DNA of 64,000 nt, taken from Lama glama. Lineage: Eukaryota. The translations under genes were made by a program, and so were the position numbers. The DNA lies in assembly GCA_028534125.1 (NCBI GenBank), contig CM052816.1, forward strand, positions 17,796,001 to 17,860,000, written 5' to 3'. Positions within the stretch are counted from its first letter, which is position 1, and the number at the start of each line of letters is the position of its first letter. Below, piece by piece: positions 1 to 13,284 of this stretch. Below the pieces are notes generated by a model that did not search any database, was not told the origin of the DNA, and saw only the letters and a list, made by a program, of their open reading frames with translations.

Positions 1-599
1 CTGTGCCAGGCTTTCCTACTGATTCTCTGTTGTACAAGGCCTATATTTTTATTCAGCAAAAGTAGAGTCTTAGATTCTCAGATTTTCACAGTTTTCTAAC
101 CAAAGGGAATATATTGAACAAAACAGGAAGCCGGAAGGTCTGTCTTGCTTGTACCCAGACCCCTGTGATCTGCTGTAGGACCTCCACATCATAATCACTG
201 CTTGATTGTTCTTTTGTTCTTTCAACACATATTATTGGAGCCTTTCTTACGCACCAGGCTCTGTGCCAGGTGCTTGAGACACTTATAACACAATGGAAAT
301 AGAACAGTTGGCTCTTTCATGGCCAGAGTCAGTAATCCTTACCTCTGTATCTTTGGACCTGCTGTGTGTTTTGCAGCTTCTCTGCCCAAGGTCCCAGCCA
401 GCCCACCTTGGTTCAGCGTGCCCACCTTTCCCCTTCTCCGCTCTCCCTGACCCCAGTGGGACTGCAGTTGGAGATAGTTTGTGACTTCTGACACCCTGCA
501 CATGTCCAGAGTAGTGCATTCATAGTAACATTGATGAATCAGTTCTATCCTCTGCTCTACAAAGGCACATCAGGGCATTATTGTCTTTCTCCCAAAGCC

Positions 600-735
600 C
601 ACCTTCTAGATATGTGAACAGTTGCCTGGAGTTTCTGTTAAAATGCAGGTTATGATAGAACAGTTCTGTGGGACCTGACGCGTTTCCAGGTTAGGTCCAT
701 GCTGCTGGCCACGGACCACACTTTGAGTAGTGACA
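600..735. mobile_element. MER5A-like hAT-Charlie DNA transposon remnant
   Basis: Contains ...ctgttaaaatgcagg... and the terminus gctgctggccacggaccacactttgagtag, typical of MER5A. Confidence 0.7.
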
Positions 736-944
736 ACTTCAGTTTTTATAGCTATCTCCTAATAGATCTCTTTACCTCCAGTATGCCTTTCCCTGGCTCC
801 CAAAGTCCATTTCCATACGGCAGAAGGTGTGGATAATTCTGTGATAAAACTCTGTTTGAGCGTCTCCCCCACTTAAAAGGCATGGTGAGCTTTCCCCTTG
901 CAGCTCCAAATAAGCTCAGACCCTTCACGTCCTTGAGACAGACC

Positions 945-1400
945 TTCATTCATTTGTCCAGCAACTATCTCTTGGACACTTGTCATTGTTCATAGCACTG
1001 TGCAGAGTGTGTGGATGGGCAGTGAGGAACCACACTGACACAGTTCCAGATCACCTGGAGGTTACACTCTGGGAGGGGAGACAGAAATAACTAACTGACC
1101 AAACAAATACAGAGTTTCAAATTTTGGTAAATATGACCAGGGAAATACATGTGGTGGTGAGAAAGAGAGAGGGGCCTGCTTTATAGGGGATGGTGAGGAA
1201 AGGCCTTTCTGAGGGGGCCTTTAAACTGTGAGTGGGGGGTGGGGGCATAGGATGTTCTAAGTAGAGAAAATAGCATGGGCCAAGGCTCTAAGGCAGGATG
1301 ATGAGTTTGAAGAACTGAGAGGATGCGCCAGTGGTGGCTTGGATGTTGAGCGGAGAGGCGCAGGAGAGATGAGATGAGAGAGGCATGGAGGGTGTGAGAA
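945..1400 (-). mobile_element. L2 LINE 3' fragment
   Basis: ttcattcatttgtccagcaactat tail followed by degenerate L2 body (ggaaaggcctttctgagg, gcatgggccaaggctctaaggcagga). Confidence 0.7.
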
Positions 1401-2399
1401 TGGCCCAAGAGGAGACGTTCAGCCAAAGCTTGGCAGGTGAGCAGGTGGTCGGGCAGTGCCAGGCTCAGGGCACTGATGACTGCGAGTGCCTTCTGGCCCG
1501 CGTCTGCCTTAAGAGTGTGCGACCCTAGAGGCAGAAACAATGCCCATCCACCTTCACCAGGCCAGGGGCACATAGTGGGTGCTCTGTAAGTGTCATGGAT
1601 GAGAGCCCCCAAGGACGCCAGCTAGGATGGTGAGATTCCTGTCTCTGCAACTCTTCTGGAATTTGAGTGAATGGGTTGCAGAGAGCTTAGTGATGGAGAG
1701 CAATAAGCCATCCCCACTCTGGGCCAAGGTGCTTAGCTAAACCCCCAGCCTGGGGCCCTGGCAGAGAGGCTCCTTGCACTGATTCTGTCTTTGTGAAGAT
1801 GCAGTTTGTGCTGTTCAGTTATTCCCTCCAGCTCTGGAGTGAACTGTCTGATCCTGGATTAGAGATAGGCCATAAAATGTCAGTGAGTGATCAGGGCTGT
1901 TTGGGCAAGTGGCACGTTACACATCAAACTCCAGCAACCACCTGCCTGCTTGCCTCTGTCTCTCATCTGCAGAAGGAGCTTGAAATGCCAGCTCCCTGTG
2001 ACCCCTGAGCTACAAGGAACAGAGGTGACTTGTCAGACATGGCTTGAAATGCTGTCAGTTGCTCAGGGAGTGTCTCTGGCAATGCTAGCCAGTCAGGGCC
2101 CTCCTGCATTTTGGGCTGGAAAGTTGACTTTTTCTGCTAGAGAAGTTTGCCTGCTTATAGGTAGTGATAAATACCATGTTTAAGAGGCGGGATTGGCATT
2201 TGGAAGACTCCTTTGCAATGACTTCCAATTTTTCAAAAGAAATGACTTCCAGGTACTGCCGGACAGAGCCTCAGAGCCTGCCCCTTGACTTGATTCTAGG
2301 CAGTAAGGCTCACCCTCACAGTTTAACTAGCCCTGATGTCACAGTCTCCTGGCCAGGGAAACCCAAGTAGTCCAGAAATCCAGTAAATGTTTATTGCGT

Positions 2400-3050
2400 T
2401 CTTTCTTTATGTACTTACTCATTGTGCTGAGTACTGGGGGGTATGACCAAAGACAAAGCCCCAGTTTTCATGGAACTTACAAGGAAGGCAGACAAATTAA
2501 AAATCATTCTCTCTCCATTAAAGTAGGTGTCCAGATAAGGGATGTTTGGGGTGCTGTAGGTCACAGAACAGGGCCGCTTCAACCAGTTTCGAGGTGTGAG
2601 TAGTCTCTTAGAGGAAGCGATGGTTCCATTGAGATCTTCAGGCTGGAAGGAGTTGCCCAGAATAAGAAGGATAGACAACTCATTCCATCAGAGGTAAGAG
2701 GGGCTTGAAGAGATGAAAGAAAGCATGACCTTCTTGCAGGAACCAGTGACAGTGTCACTGTGGCTGGGGCGCATGTGGATTGGGGTCTAGAAAAGGATCA
2801 GGGGCCACTTTTCCAGAGCCTTGAAGGCCACATGAGAAAGGTTGGACTTTACCTGAAGAACACTCGGGATCTTATCAAAGGTGTATATTCGCCTCGGCTT
2901 ATGCTGACTGCAGGCTGGGAGTGGCTGAGGCAGGACCGTGAGGAAGTTGTGGGTGGGAGTGAGGCCTGGAATTGTATGGCAGTTGTAGAAATGGAAAGAA
3001 AACAGTCTGAAGAGGCATTCGGGAAGTCAGAGCAGGACTTGGTGACCGAA
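2400..3050 (-). mobile_element. L2 LINE fragment
   Basis: L2-like motifs such as gagccttgaaggccacatgagaaaggttggactttacctgaag and gcaggacttggtgaccgaatt. Confidence 0.65.
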
Positions 3051-4438
3051 TTTCAAATACAGAAAGTCATTTCAGCTTTGAGCTCAGCGGAACTACGTCT
3101 TAACCATCTAGGTCCTGTTGGGACTTGGACTTGGTCTTGCCAACAGCTTTGTGGCCTCAGCCGAAACCAGAGGGACCCCGTCGTCTGTGAATGCCTTTCT
3201 GTTCTCCACTATTATCTGCACAGAAAGATGAAAGCTTTTGGGGTCCTGGCTGCCAACTTTTAATCCAGTAGGAGAGGGAGCATCCCTGGCTGAATTCAGC
3301 CCGTCCGCCCAGGCTTCATGAGGGCAGTCGCAGCTTTTTTTCCTTCCAGAGGCGAGAGCTGTTCTGGAAACGTAGGTGCACATCTGGATGGTGCTGGCGT
3401 CCTACCAGCTGAGAAGTGAGCAGGGGTGGAGGTCTCCACTGCTCCAGGTTCAGGCCCTGCTGGGTCTCTCATTACACGCCTCTTTCAACGGGACTCCCTT
3501 GACTTTGCTCCACCTGCACCCACGTGACCAGAGCTCAGCGGTCAGGGCCAGGACTGCTCATGTGCCAGGCGCAGGGCGCTCGGCCTGGCCTCCCAGGGAA
3601 GGGCTCTGGGAGTGCAGCTGGGAGCCCTGTTCACTGGCATCAGCCTGGCTGCTGGTAATGGGAAAACAAGCAGGCAATCACCCGTCTGCTCTCACCCTCC
3701 CCCCACAGCATTTACTTCCTTAACTGCCGTTAAACAATTAGCAAATGGCTCATTTCTGTCTAGACACAGAAGAGAGATGCAGAGTTAAGAACACCGTGGA
3801 GGAAAATGGTTCTCCTTTGTTCTGAGCTCGCACATGTGAGGGAGGAGGAGAAAGAGCTTGCCTTACAGGGTTGGCATTTCTTTCAACATATTGTTGCTGT
3901 GGATTATATTATTTTCAGAGTCATCTTAATAGTTTCCAACAATTGCTACCATGTAAAGGTCATGTTTGAAGTTCTTGGCAAGTGGAGTCTCTTTTGGCCA
4001 GCATTTCCCACCAACAGGCTGTTCTGAGGGTTAGAGCCAATCCAGGGTGTGGATTTGTAAGACCTCTCGAGATAGTTTTGAGCCTGGTATGCCTTCTCGG
4101 TCTCCTTCCCCCAGACTTTGATGGCCCTGCGTCCATGACAGGCATGGGAGATTTTTATGTGTGGCTTCCTCTTGGGTTTTTGGCCCAGTTGAGGCTGGTA
4201 GTATTTTCAGGGTTATTTTTGGATAGCCCTACCTTCCTAGAACCTGCTGGGTGAGAATTGTCTTCACTGGCAAATGGCTCATTGGTGAGGGCCTTGCTTC
4301 TGACTAAGCAGAAGATAAGATGATCAGACACTGAGAGTGGAAGGCATGTATTTGCACACGTTGTGCATGTGAAGCTGGAGCACAGTGGCACTAGTCATGG
4401 AATAGGAGGAGTGGCAGCAATTAGGTTAGACATTGGAT

Positions 4439-4456
4439 GCTGCCATCTGGCAGCCC
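4439..4456 (-). promoter_or_regulatory. Candidate CTCF motif (near-palindromic)
   Basis: Minus strand reads ggCTGCCAGATGGCAGc, 13 of 14 to the core CCRSYAGRKGGCRS. Motif match only. Confidence 0.35.
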
Positions 4457-4949
4457 TGTGGAGGGACAGGAAGGAGTAAGTCTCCTGCCCCCATCCCCGC
4501 ATGCTCTCAGGTGTAGAGGGGTAGGAAAGGGGCAGTCCTGTGCCCATGGACCACATAGACACCAACGGTCTGATGAGGGAGTTGGGTCATAGGTTTCACT
4601 ATTTTGCTTTACTTTTGCTGAGGACAAGCTAACGCAAGAGGTGGCATCTAACCAACTCTAAGAAATTATGTTGTATCCATTACACAGCTTGAGGTTTGGG
4701 GACAAATCCCTGTGGCATATGCTCCAGCTTTGCCTGTTCCCCTCAGGCCTTGTTCACTTTCAGTGTCCTTTCTTCAGTCTGGGATAGCCAAACATCACTT
4801 GATCATAAGAAGCTAGTTTTCATAGTATGGAAACCCTCAACTATTCATTTCAAGAGAGTTCTTACCCTCGTTGGGTTATCATCCCCTTTTCTCTTCCAGA
4901 GCATTTTTTGGAAGGAACAGGTATAAATAATATTTAAAATATTTATTGT

Positions 4950-5625
4950 ATGTGAGTTAGGATATATGTTCTGGCTGCTAGAACAAAAATCCAAATGGAA
5001 GAGAGGCTTAAATAGGTTAGTTCTACTTCTCTCTCATGCAAACATTCTAAAGGTAAGCAGCCCATATATGTGGAAGCTAAAAAATACAATAAAGTGGTGA
5101 ATACAGCATAGAAGAAGCAGACTCTTAGATGCAGAGAATAAACTGGTGGTTACCAGTGGGGAGGAGGGATAGGCTCCAGGATGTATTGTGCAACATGGAG
5201 AATAGAGCCAATATTTGTAATAACTGTAAATGGAAAGTAACTTTTAAAAACTGTACACAAAATTTTTTTGAGAAGATCAGCAGCCCAGGGCTGATAAGCT
5301 GCCTTCAGATGGAGGATGGCCAGTGTCCTTTCCCCTCTTGTTCCTTCATCCTCAGCAGCTGGAATGGTTGAGCTTCTGTATCTGGGTCCATGATGGCTGC
5401 CACACGCCCGCCAGTAAAAGGAGGCACAGTGTGGAAGTCACTGGTGTCACTTCTGCTCGCATCCCAGTGGCCACAACTTAATCCCAAGGCTATGTTAAGC
5501 TGCCAAGGAGGCCAGGAAATGTGGGTTTTATTCTGGGCAGCTGTGTATCCAGCTAAAATGTGAGAGTTGTATTATTAAAAGAAAGGATAGGGTGGATGTT
5601 GGAGTCACCTAGCAGACTCTACCAT
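4950..5625 (-). mobile_element. MLT1-family (ERVL-MaLR) solo LTR interrupted by an L1 fragment
   Basis: Start tgtgagttaggat...ggctgctagaacaaaaatcc; later gtcacttctgctcgcatcccagtggcc...agctgccaaggaggccaggaaatgt, both MLT1J/K-like. Confidence 0.7.
5064..5272 (+). mobile_element. 5'-truncated L1 3' end (cetartiodactyl type) with target-site duplication
   Basis: aagcagactcttagatgcagagaataaactggtggttaccagtggg...gagccaatatttgtaataactgtaaatgga. Flanked by aaggtaagcagccc (5050-5063) and aagatcagcagccc (5273-5286). Confidence 0.8.
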
Positions 5626-5659
5626 GGTCATATTTTAAATGCTAATGACAATCACAGCA

Positions 5660-5890
5660 AAACAACAGTAATTTATTATTGAGCCTATTTTAAGTACTGT
5701 GACACTGTGCTCAATGCCTGAGTATTATTTTATTTCCTCTATTATTCCGTCTAATTCTCACAATAAAGCTATGAGTTGTAGGTAGTTAGTAGTCTCAAAG
5801 GTGGGAAAACTGAAGCTGTAAAGCTTTGCCCGAGGTTAACACAGCGCTCAGTAGCAGTGTAGATATTTGAACCCTGGTCTGTCGGATTCT
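5660..5890 (-). mobile_element. MIR SINE
   Basis: taattctcacaataaagctatgag...aaactgaagct...gcccgaggttaacacagc...atttgaaccctggtctgtc. Confidence 0.75.
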
Positions 5891-5952
5891 TGACTCACAG
5901 TCTTTACGTCTATGAGTAAAATGCCGTCTGAACAGTAGTATGAAATACGAGC

Positions 5953-6460
5953 TGTATCATCAGGATGCTTTTGATTTCAAGTGACAGAAACAGAACTCAA
6001 CCTTAGCTTAATCAGAAGATGAAGATTTCATGGCATACAAGGCTGGAAAGTGTGCTGGGGGGAGGCAAACCTTAGAGAAAGAAGGTGAGATTCAGTGCTG
6101 ACGACCCTCTGTCTCCTTCCTTCTCATCTTTGTCTGTCTCTGCTTGGCTTCATTCTGCCAGGAGGCTTTCTCCCTTTGGCAGGGAATAGGGATTTTGATA
6201 GCCCCAGATGCATTTGCCTGTAGTCTGGAAACTGCAAAGTAATTTTGCCAGTGTCTGTGTTTCAATCCCAGGGAAGGATTCCAGTCGGCTGTTTCTGAAT
6301 CATGTGTTCATCCCTTAATCAAATACCGTGGTCATGTGACCCTCTTTACTCCTACCCTCAGTTTGATCAAGGGTAGTATTTTTGTTTTTACCAGAGGAAG
6401 AGAGAGGAAAGAATATTTAGTGGGCTGAATAAAATTTTTATAAAGAAGTGTACTACATAA
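5953..6460 (-). mobile_element. MLT1-family MaLR LTR
   Basis: Start tgtatcatcaggatgcttttgatttcaagtgacagaaacagaactcaac; internal ccagggaaggattccagtcggc...tcatgtgttcatccct. Confidence 0.6.
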
Positions 6461-9289
6461 TCACCTTTAAAATATCAAATATTGTTAAATATGTGTGTCA
6501 TGAAAGGCTTCAGCTAAATAACAGTGCTCTAGCCTAGAAGGAGGTATAAAAGCACACTGTGTTTCTAGGAATGATAAGGCCAAAGGGACGAATAAGATGG
6601 GTCTATAGGGATGTGTTAGTTACCTAGTTAAAGAGAAAGTTCATCTAAAATGAAGTTGATTCAGCACCATTTTAATTCAGATATCTTTTAAATCATTTGG
6701 CCTACTGTCGTAATACTTCTTTCTAATCATGAGGCACATCTGTCCTCAGTTCTATTAAATAGTTCTTTCTTTTTGGAAGCTGCCAAGATAACGCAGTCTT
6801 TTTGGCTCCTGAGGATAAAGTTTCAGGCAAAATGGTTATTGTGACATTTTCAGAAAGCACAGATGTTCATACACTGTCCATGGTGAAAAGGCACCTGCAG
6901 AATTTAGAGTCTCCTTCCACATGCAGAGAAGTGATGAAGTTACAGCAGAAGGAAGCAATTCAGCTAATTATTTTACCACTTATTTCTGTGTTCTGTATGC
7001 AAACATGCGTTTAACCAAGATTTGAAGAATAGGTTTCCATTTCTTCTTCTCACATGCCCTGAGTAGAATGCCATGTCATTAGTTAGCACTATTGTTAAAT
7101 ACACATTAGGAAGAATAACCTTCTTGTTGTCAGCTCTGTTGAATGCACAATTAAATGATTTGATAAAGCAATTACCTGAACATGATTATGCTCATCCTCA
7201 CCGCATCAGGAGATGAAATTAAGGATTAGGAAAAATTGCAAAGCTCATGAGATCTCCGCCAACCAATCCTTTAGAAGACAGACAGGTCCCTGGCCAGAAT
7301 GGATATACATAGTGCTATAAATCTAATTAAATCATTACAAACAAGTTTAATTAAGTTCAGGATCATGTTGCTTTTGTTTTTCTTTAAAAAAAGAAACAAA
7401 CAAAATGGTCCCTGTTGGAACAATGCTCAAGTGAGTACAGTCAGACTTGTTTACAACATGTTGTTCCAAGAGTACATTTCACTACTAGACAGGGATGATG
7501 CTCAGAGAAGCTGATCTCATTCTCTGAGCCTTGGGCTGGGGCTTGTATGTCATGTGGGGGAAGGAGGGAGTATTTGCTGGATCAGCATTTACCATGACTC
7601 GATGCCCTCACTGCCTATTGAGGATAGGACCTTAATGATGCTCTCCCTTTTACCATAGCTGGTGGTTGGGTTTTTTCCCTTTCTGAAGCAGATGAAACAT
7701 TTTTGCATCTTTATCTACCATGCATGGGACAGAACTGTCTCATCGTTTGGCCAAGGATAGCCTTGCTGAGATGGTGGGTTCTGTCCAGTGAGGTTCTCAG
7801 AACAGCAGACCGTCAGCAGTAGGGAAGACTCTGTGTCTCAGAGAGCAGTTTTTGCCAAGTTCTTAACCCAGAGGCACTGAGGACTATGGAATGCCGGTCT
7901 CCCCAAAGGCAGGCTGTGCAGTGGCAGCCAGGCAAGAGACCAGGTGCTATGGGAACCCAGGGACCCTGACCACATTGATCAGGTGGAGCTCCTTATAAGG
8001 GTTTCTTTGCTTTCCTATCTCCTAGTAGAGAGACCAAAAGATGATATGAAATATAAGCGATAGGGGGGGGTGTACTCCCCACAAGTGGTCCTGAGCAAGA
8101 TCTGCTATATCTCTCATGTCTTCTACCATTTCCTGCTGGGAGCTCTCTGGACCAGCCACCTGCCCCATGGTTATAGCACATCTCCACACGACCCAGTTCC
8201 CTGCCACCAAACAAAGCAAGATAGAGGTGGAGTAGAAAGAATGCATAATTTTTTTTGCATTTTAATACACATAACAGGTTGGGATGGAGCGAGCCTCCCT
8301 TACCCTTATGCACCTCTGCCAAAAATGGGGTAACCATATTCCTGGGGTTTCAATTTCAAGGTTCAGCTAAGCACCATCTCCTCAGTGAAGCATCTTTGAG
8401 CCCTTTGTGCAAGATGCACCATTTCTTTTCTGTGAGCTACAATAGCACATATGTATGTATGTTTGCTAGAGCATGTATTGTACTGTGTTGGAATTCTCTG
8501 TAGATAAGTGTGTATATCCAGCCATATGTTGGGCTAGAGAGCCTTAAAACTCTGTGATGCAAAACTCCTAGATATAATAAATATCCTTTTAAGTAGATGA
8601 TCTTGCAAGATGTGAGGGGAATCTCTGGTTGAGGGGTAGAGGGAAGAAAAGCCAGGATGGATACTGACCACTTCCTTGGGGGTCAAGGAGGTAGGGGGCA
8701 GCTGATCTAACTAACAGGTTTTGAAGTAACAGCTGCTTGCAGACTGGAGATAATGCCTTCACTTCTTACAAGGGGAGATATTGGAGCTGAGACCCTAAAT
8801 GTAAATCCAAAACTTTCAGTATGTTTGCCCTGAGTTAAAGAGTGAGCTTGGTTCAAAAAAGATGATAATCTCCAGTTAAAGAATGGGCATGATTGTTTGT
8901 AAAATTTAAATATGCCTGTTAGTAAAGTAAGACAACATTTGTCCACTGAAGCCTGGGCAGAAAAGATGACCTGCCAAACTTTTAACAATGAACCTGCATT
9001 TGTTCAGTTAGAGCACAGTTGGTACACAGAATATTCGGTGACCAATATAGGACACAGATATAAACCAATTAGAACCGGAACTGCTGTTAAGCTGTCCTCT
9101 GGCATGCCGTGTGAATGGGAACCTGAGGGTGTGGTCCCAGTTTATCCTCTTTGGGTTGTGTAGGAATCCTGAGGCTTGTAAGCTGACTTAAAGTGACCCT
9201 GGGTATGGGATGCCCAAGGGCTCCTGGAAGAAACATGTGTAAATCTTCTCTGGAAGGTGGAACCATCAACCCAGCCTTCATTGGATTCC

Positions 9290-9575
9290 CTCAAAACCCT
9301 GCCAAATATAGCTCATAAATCCTTAAAGCATAGAAGGAAATAAGCCACCATGAGCAAGAGGCAGCACAGGTAATAAATAGCAGAATTAGACCCCCCCCCA
9401 AGAACTTGAGAAATGAATTTTTCAGATACAGGATATAAAATCAGTTCAAGTGTTCAAAATGTTTAAATGTTTAAGAAAAAGGCAATTGAAAACTTAAGTG
9501 ATGAATGATATACTATCAAAAATACCAGATTAATTTGAAACTTATAGAAGTGAGAAATAAAATCATTAAAGTACA
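9290..9575 (+). mobile_element. Ancient L1/HAL1 ORF1-like fragment
   Basis: A-rich ataagccaccatgagcaagaggcagca...gcagaattagacccc...aagaacttgag...ttatagaagtgagaaataaaatcattaaa. Confidence 0.55.
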
Positions 9576-9744
9576 TTATATTTATTATATTTTTCAAATA
9601 TTTAGATTTTATTTCACAGTAAACTCAACAGCAATTAACCTTGTGTATTTAGTAGATTTTTCCAGTGTAATTTAAAACCGTATCTGAAGTCATAAAAAAT
9701 AATTCTCTCATGTTATTTTTTACCTAATAATTTGATACTATTAT

Positions 9745-10127
9745 AGATTATACAGCACACAAAGTTATCATGGTATTGTTGACTGTATTCCCTATGCTCT
9801 GTATCACATCCCTGTGACTTGTTTATTTTGTAACTGGGAATTTGTACCTCTTAATCTCCCTCATCTATTTCGTTCATCCCCTGCCCACTTCCCTTCTGAC
9901 AACCACTAGTTTGTTCTCTGTATTGGTGAGTTTGTTTCTATTTTGTTATATTTATTCCTTTGCTTTGTTTTTTAGATATTTCATGTATAAGTGAAAACAA
10001 AGTGTTTGTCTTTCTCTGTATGATTTATTTCACTAAGCATAATACTTTCCAGGTTCTTTCATGATGTTGCAGATGGCAAGATTCATTTTTTAAATTGCTG
10101 AATAATATTCTTCTGTGTGTGTGTGTG

Positions 10128-10174
<47 letters not shown>

Positions 10175-10640
10175 CATCTTCTTTATCCATTTCATTTATC
10201 TATGACCACTTAAGTTGATTCCATAACTTGGCTATTGTAAATAATGTAAATAATGCTGCAGTGAACGTTGGAGTGCATATATCTTTTCAAATTAGTGTTT
10301 TTGTTTTCTTTAGATAAATACCAAGAAGTGGAATGGCTGGATCATGTGGTAGTTTTATTTTTAATTTTATGAGGAACCTCCATACTGTCTTCCACAGTGG
10401 CCACACCAATTTGCATTCCCTCCAACAGTGTGTGAGGGTTCCCTTTTCCCCACATCCTCGCCGACGCTAGTTATTTGTTGTCTTTTTGATGATAGCTGTT
10501 CTAACAGGTGTGAGGTGCTGTCTCATTGTGGTTTTGATTTGCATTTTCCTCATGATTACTGATGTTGATCATCTTCTCATGTGTCCATTGGCCAACTGTA
10601 TGTCCTCTTTGCAAAAATGCCAATTCAGATCCATTTCCAG
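9745..10640 (-). mobile_element. L1 3' end (3'UTR plus ORF2 C-terminus), antisense
   Basis: ttggctattgtaaataatg...gctggatcatgtggtagt...ctccatactgtcttccacagtggccacaccaatttgcattccc...cattgtggttttgatttgcatttt. Confidence 0.9.
10114..10174. repeat. Compound (TG)n(GA)n microsatellite inside L1
   Basis: Directly visible. Confidence 0.95.
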
Positions 10641-11259
10641 ATGTGCAGGGGTTGAGGACTGTGTTAAAAGAGGCCACCCAGAGGCAAACAGACACATTCA
10701 GAATGTGAGGTATTGGAGGAGCCAGAAAATGGACCCAGTTTCTGCATAAAAAATGTGGAGTGGGAAACCTGGCTACTAAATGTTTTGTGAGCACTGGTTG
10801 AACCCAAAGTGAAATAAGCCAAGAAAAATTTTAGAAGAAAAGGATGTTTTGGGGACCTTAAGGAAGCTTGATTATGAACTGGCAATTAGATATGTTGATA
10901 GCATTGTAGTGGAGTAAGAAAAACACACATTTTTAAGGAGACCTCCCATGAAGAACACAGAGGATTTGCTTTGAGATAATTTAAGGTAATTTAGGTAAGA
11001 TCAAGCAAATGTGGCAAAATCTTGAAAATTGTTGAACTGAAATTGTGGAAATTCATTGTATTAATTTCTCTACTTGGTCAAATATTCACAGATTTTCCTG
11101 AATAAAAAAAGTATGCTGTTTGAGAAGAGAAACTGTCTCCTGCTAATCTTATTGTCTCCAGCACTGAATGCATAAAATGAATGTTAGCGGGAGAAGGGAA
11201 GCTATATTTGCAGGATGGTTTTAGGAAAAGCGAAAGTGATAAATCTGTAAAAGTGTAAA

Positions 11260-12375
11260 AATATACACCTCATATACTTAGGTATAAATCCTAAAACTGT
11301 GTACTTCTAGAAAAAAAGTAGAAAAATCTTTGTGACCTTGGATTAGGCAAATATTTCTTAGATAAAAAACCAAAAGCATGGTGCATAAAATAAAAAATTG
11401 ATATTTAAAAAAAATTCTGCCTTCGAAGGGCACTGTTAAGAGAATGAAAAATGAAGCCATGGCCTAGAACAACGTATTTGAAAATCATATATCTTATACA
11501 GGACTAGCATCCAGAATATATATAGAACTCTGTAAATTCAATAATAAGTGAACACATAACCTAGTAAAAATAGGCAAAAGGTTTGAGCAGGCATTTCACC
11601 AAAGAAGATATGTGGATGGTAAATAAGCCCAATAAATGATGATCAACATTATTTGTCATTTAGAAATGCCAGTTACAACCCCAAGGAGATTCTACTACAT
11701 GAGAACACTTAAAATCAAAAAGACAGGTCATATGAAATGTTGGTAAAGATATGGAAGAACTGGAACTCTCATACACTGCTGGTGGGTATGTAAAATGATC
11801 TGACCCATCTGGAAAACAGCTTGAAAATTTCTTAAAGAAAAACTACCATATCATCCAGCCATTCTAATTCTAGGTCTTTACTCAAGAGAAATGAAAGAAT
11901 ATGTCCATAGGAATGATTGTTCATAAGTGCTCTTAGAGACTGTATTTGTAATAACCAAAAACTGCAAATAAGCCACATGTCCATCAGGCAAATGAATGAA
12001 CAAATGTAGTCTATCCATACAGTCAAATACTTCCCAGAATAAAAAGTAATGCACTGCTAATGCATGTAGCATCATGAGTAAATATTAAAATAATGCTGTG
12101 TGAAGGACAGATAATACTTGATGACACATATAAAACTTCAGAAAATTCAAGCTAATCTTTGATGAGAGAAAGCAGATCAGTGGTTTCCTATTATTTGGGG
12201 AAGGATAGGAGGGGCATAAAGAAACTTTTGGGGATGATAAGATACGTTAATTTTCTTGATTATGGTGATGGTTTCATGAGTGTGTATATTTTATTTATCA
12301 CATTATATGCTGTAAATATGCATAGTTTATCATGTGCCAACTATACCTTAATACAACAGTTTAAAAAGTTTTAAA
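11260..12375 (+). mobile_element. Old L1M (MB/MC/ME-type) ORF2 3' region and 3'UTR, sense
   Basis: aaatctttgtgaccttggattaggcaaatatttcttag...catttcaccaaagaagatat...aactggaactctcatacactgctggtggg...tcttgattatggtgatggtttcatgagtgt. Confidence 0.9.
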
Positions 12376-13284
12376 AAGATGACCAGACCTGTAGAGCATG
12401 CCTTGAGATGAGCACATTCTTCCACATACTCGCATTTGTCTCTGTGTTTCTCTTTTTGATGCTGGTACCCTCTGTTATTTAGAAAGATCCCACTCTGTAG
12501 CCTCATCTAGGATGGGCAGTGTCAGAAGATAGAGTTGACAGTTTTCAAAGACTTTTTCCAGTGAAAAATCAAAAGATGAAAAGGATTCAATACCCCATAC
12601 ACCCAGTCACTTTGGAGTCTTCACTCCAGGAGAATTCTCTACTGAAAGTGCATCTGGATTTTTACATCTCTTTGGGTACAGAGCCCGGTTTTCATTTGTA
12701 AGCATTTCCCTGCTGCCCTCTCTTTGAGAAGCAGAGATCTTGGGGGACACTGAGTGGCAGCCAGAAGGGCCACCCAGGGCGTGGCTGGGATGGTGGGGGG
12801 GCAGGTGTGTAAATGAGGGAGATAAGAATCTGTGGTCCATGCAAGTAAGAAAAGAGTGACATGTTTGACCTGGTCCCTGTTACTCATGTGAGAAAGCCAT
12901 TAGCCCTGTAGTGACAAGGGAACAAGGGAGATGGCACCTCTGAAGGCCACGTGGGTAGAAGGGGCCGTTTCATCTTCTGACTACAAGTGTGTAGTTCATT
13001 CACAGATTCCTATCTCAGACCTCCAAGTCTGCAGAGTTGGAAAAGGCTGCAGACTTTCTGGTGTCTACTGTGGGACCCTCTTCCAGGGTGGCCTCTCAAG
13101 TCATCAGACTTACCCACTATGAACCAGGCCCATGCCAGCCCCTGGTCCTGTCCCCAGCCTGTCCCCTGGTTCTAGGGAAGATAGGCATGTCTACACAGAT
13201 TGTTCACTAGTTGGCCAGGTGAGGGGGTGTGGTGGAGGTGTGGCTGTGTGGGAGGACAGGGGAGGGGCTAACACATCATCGTCA

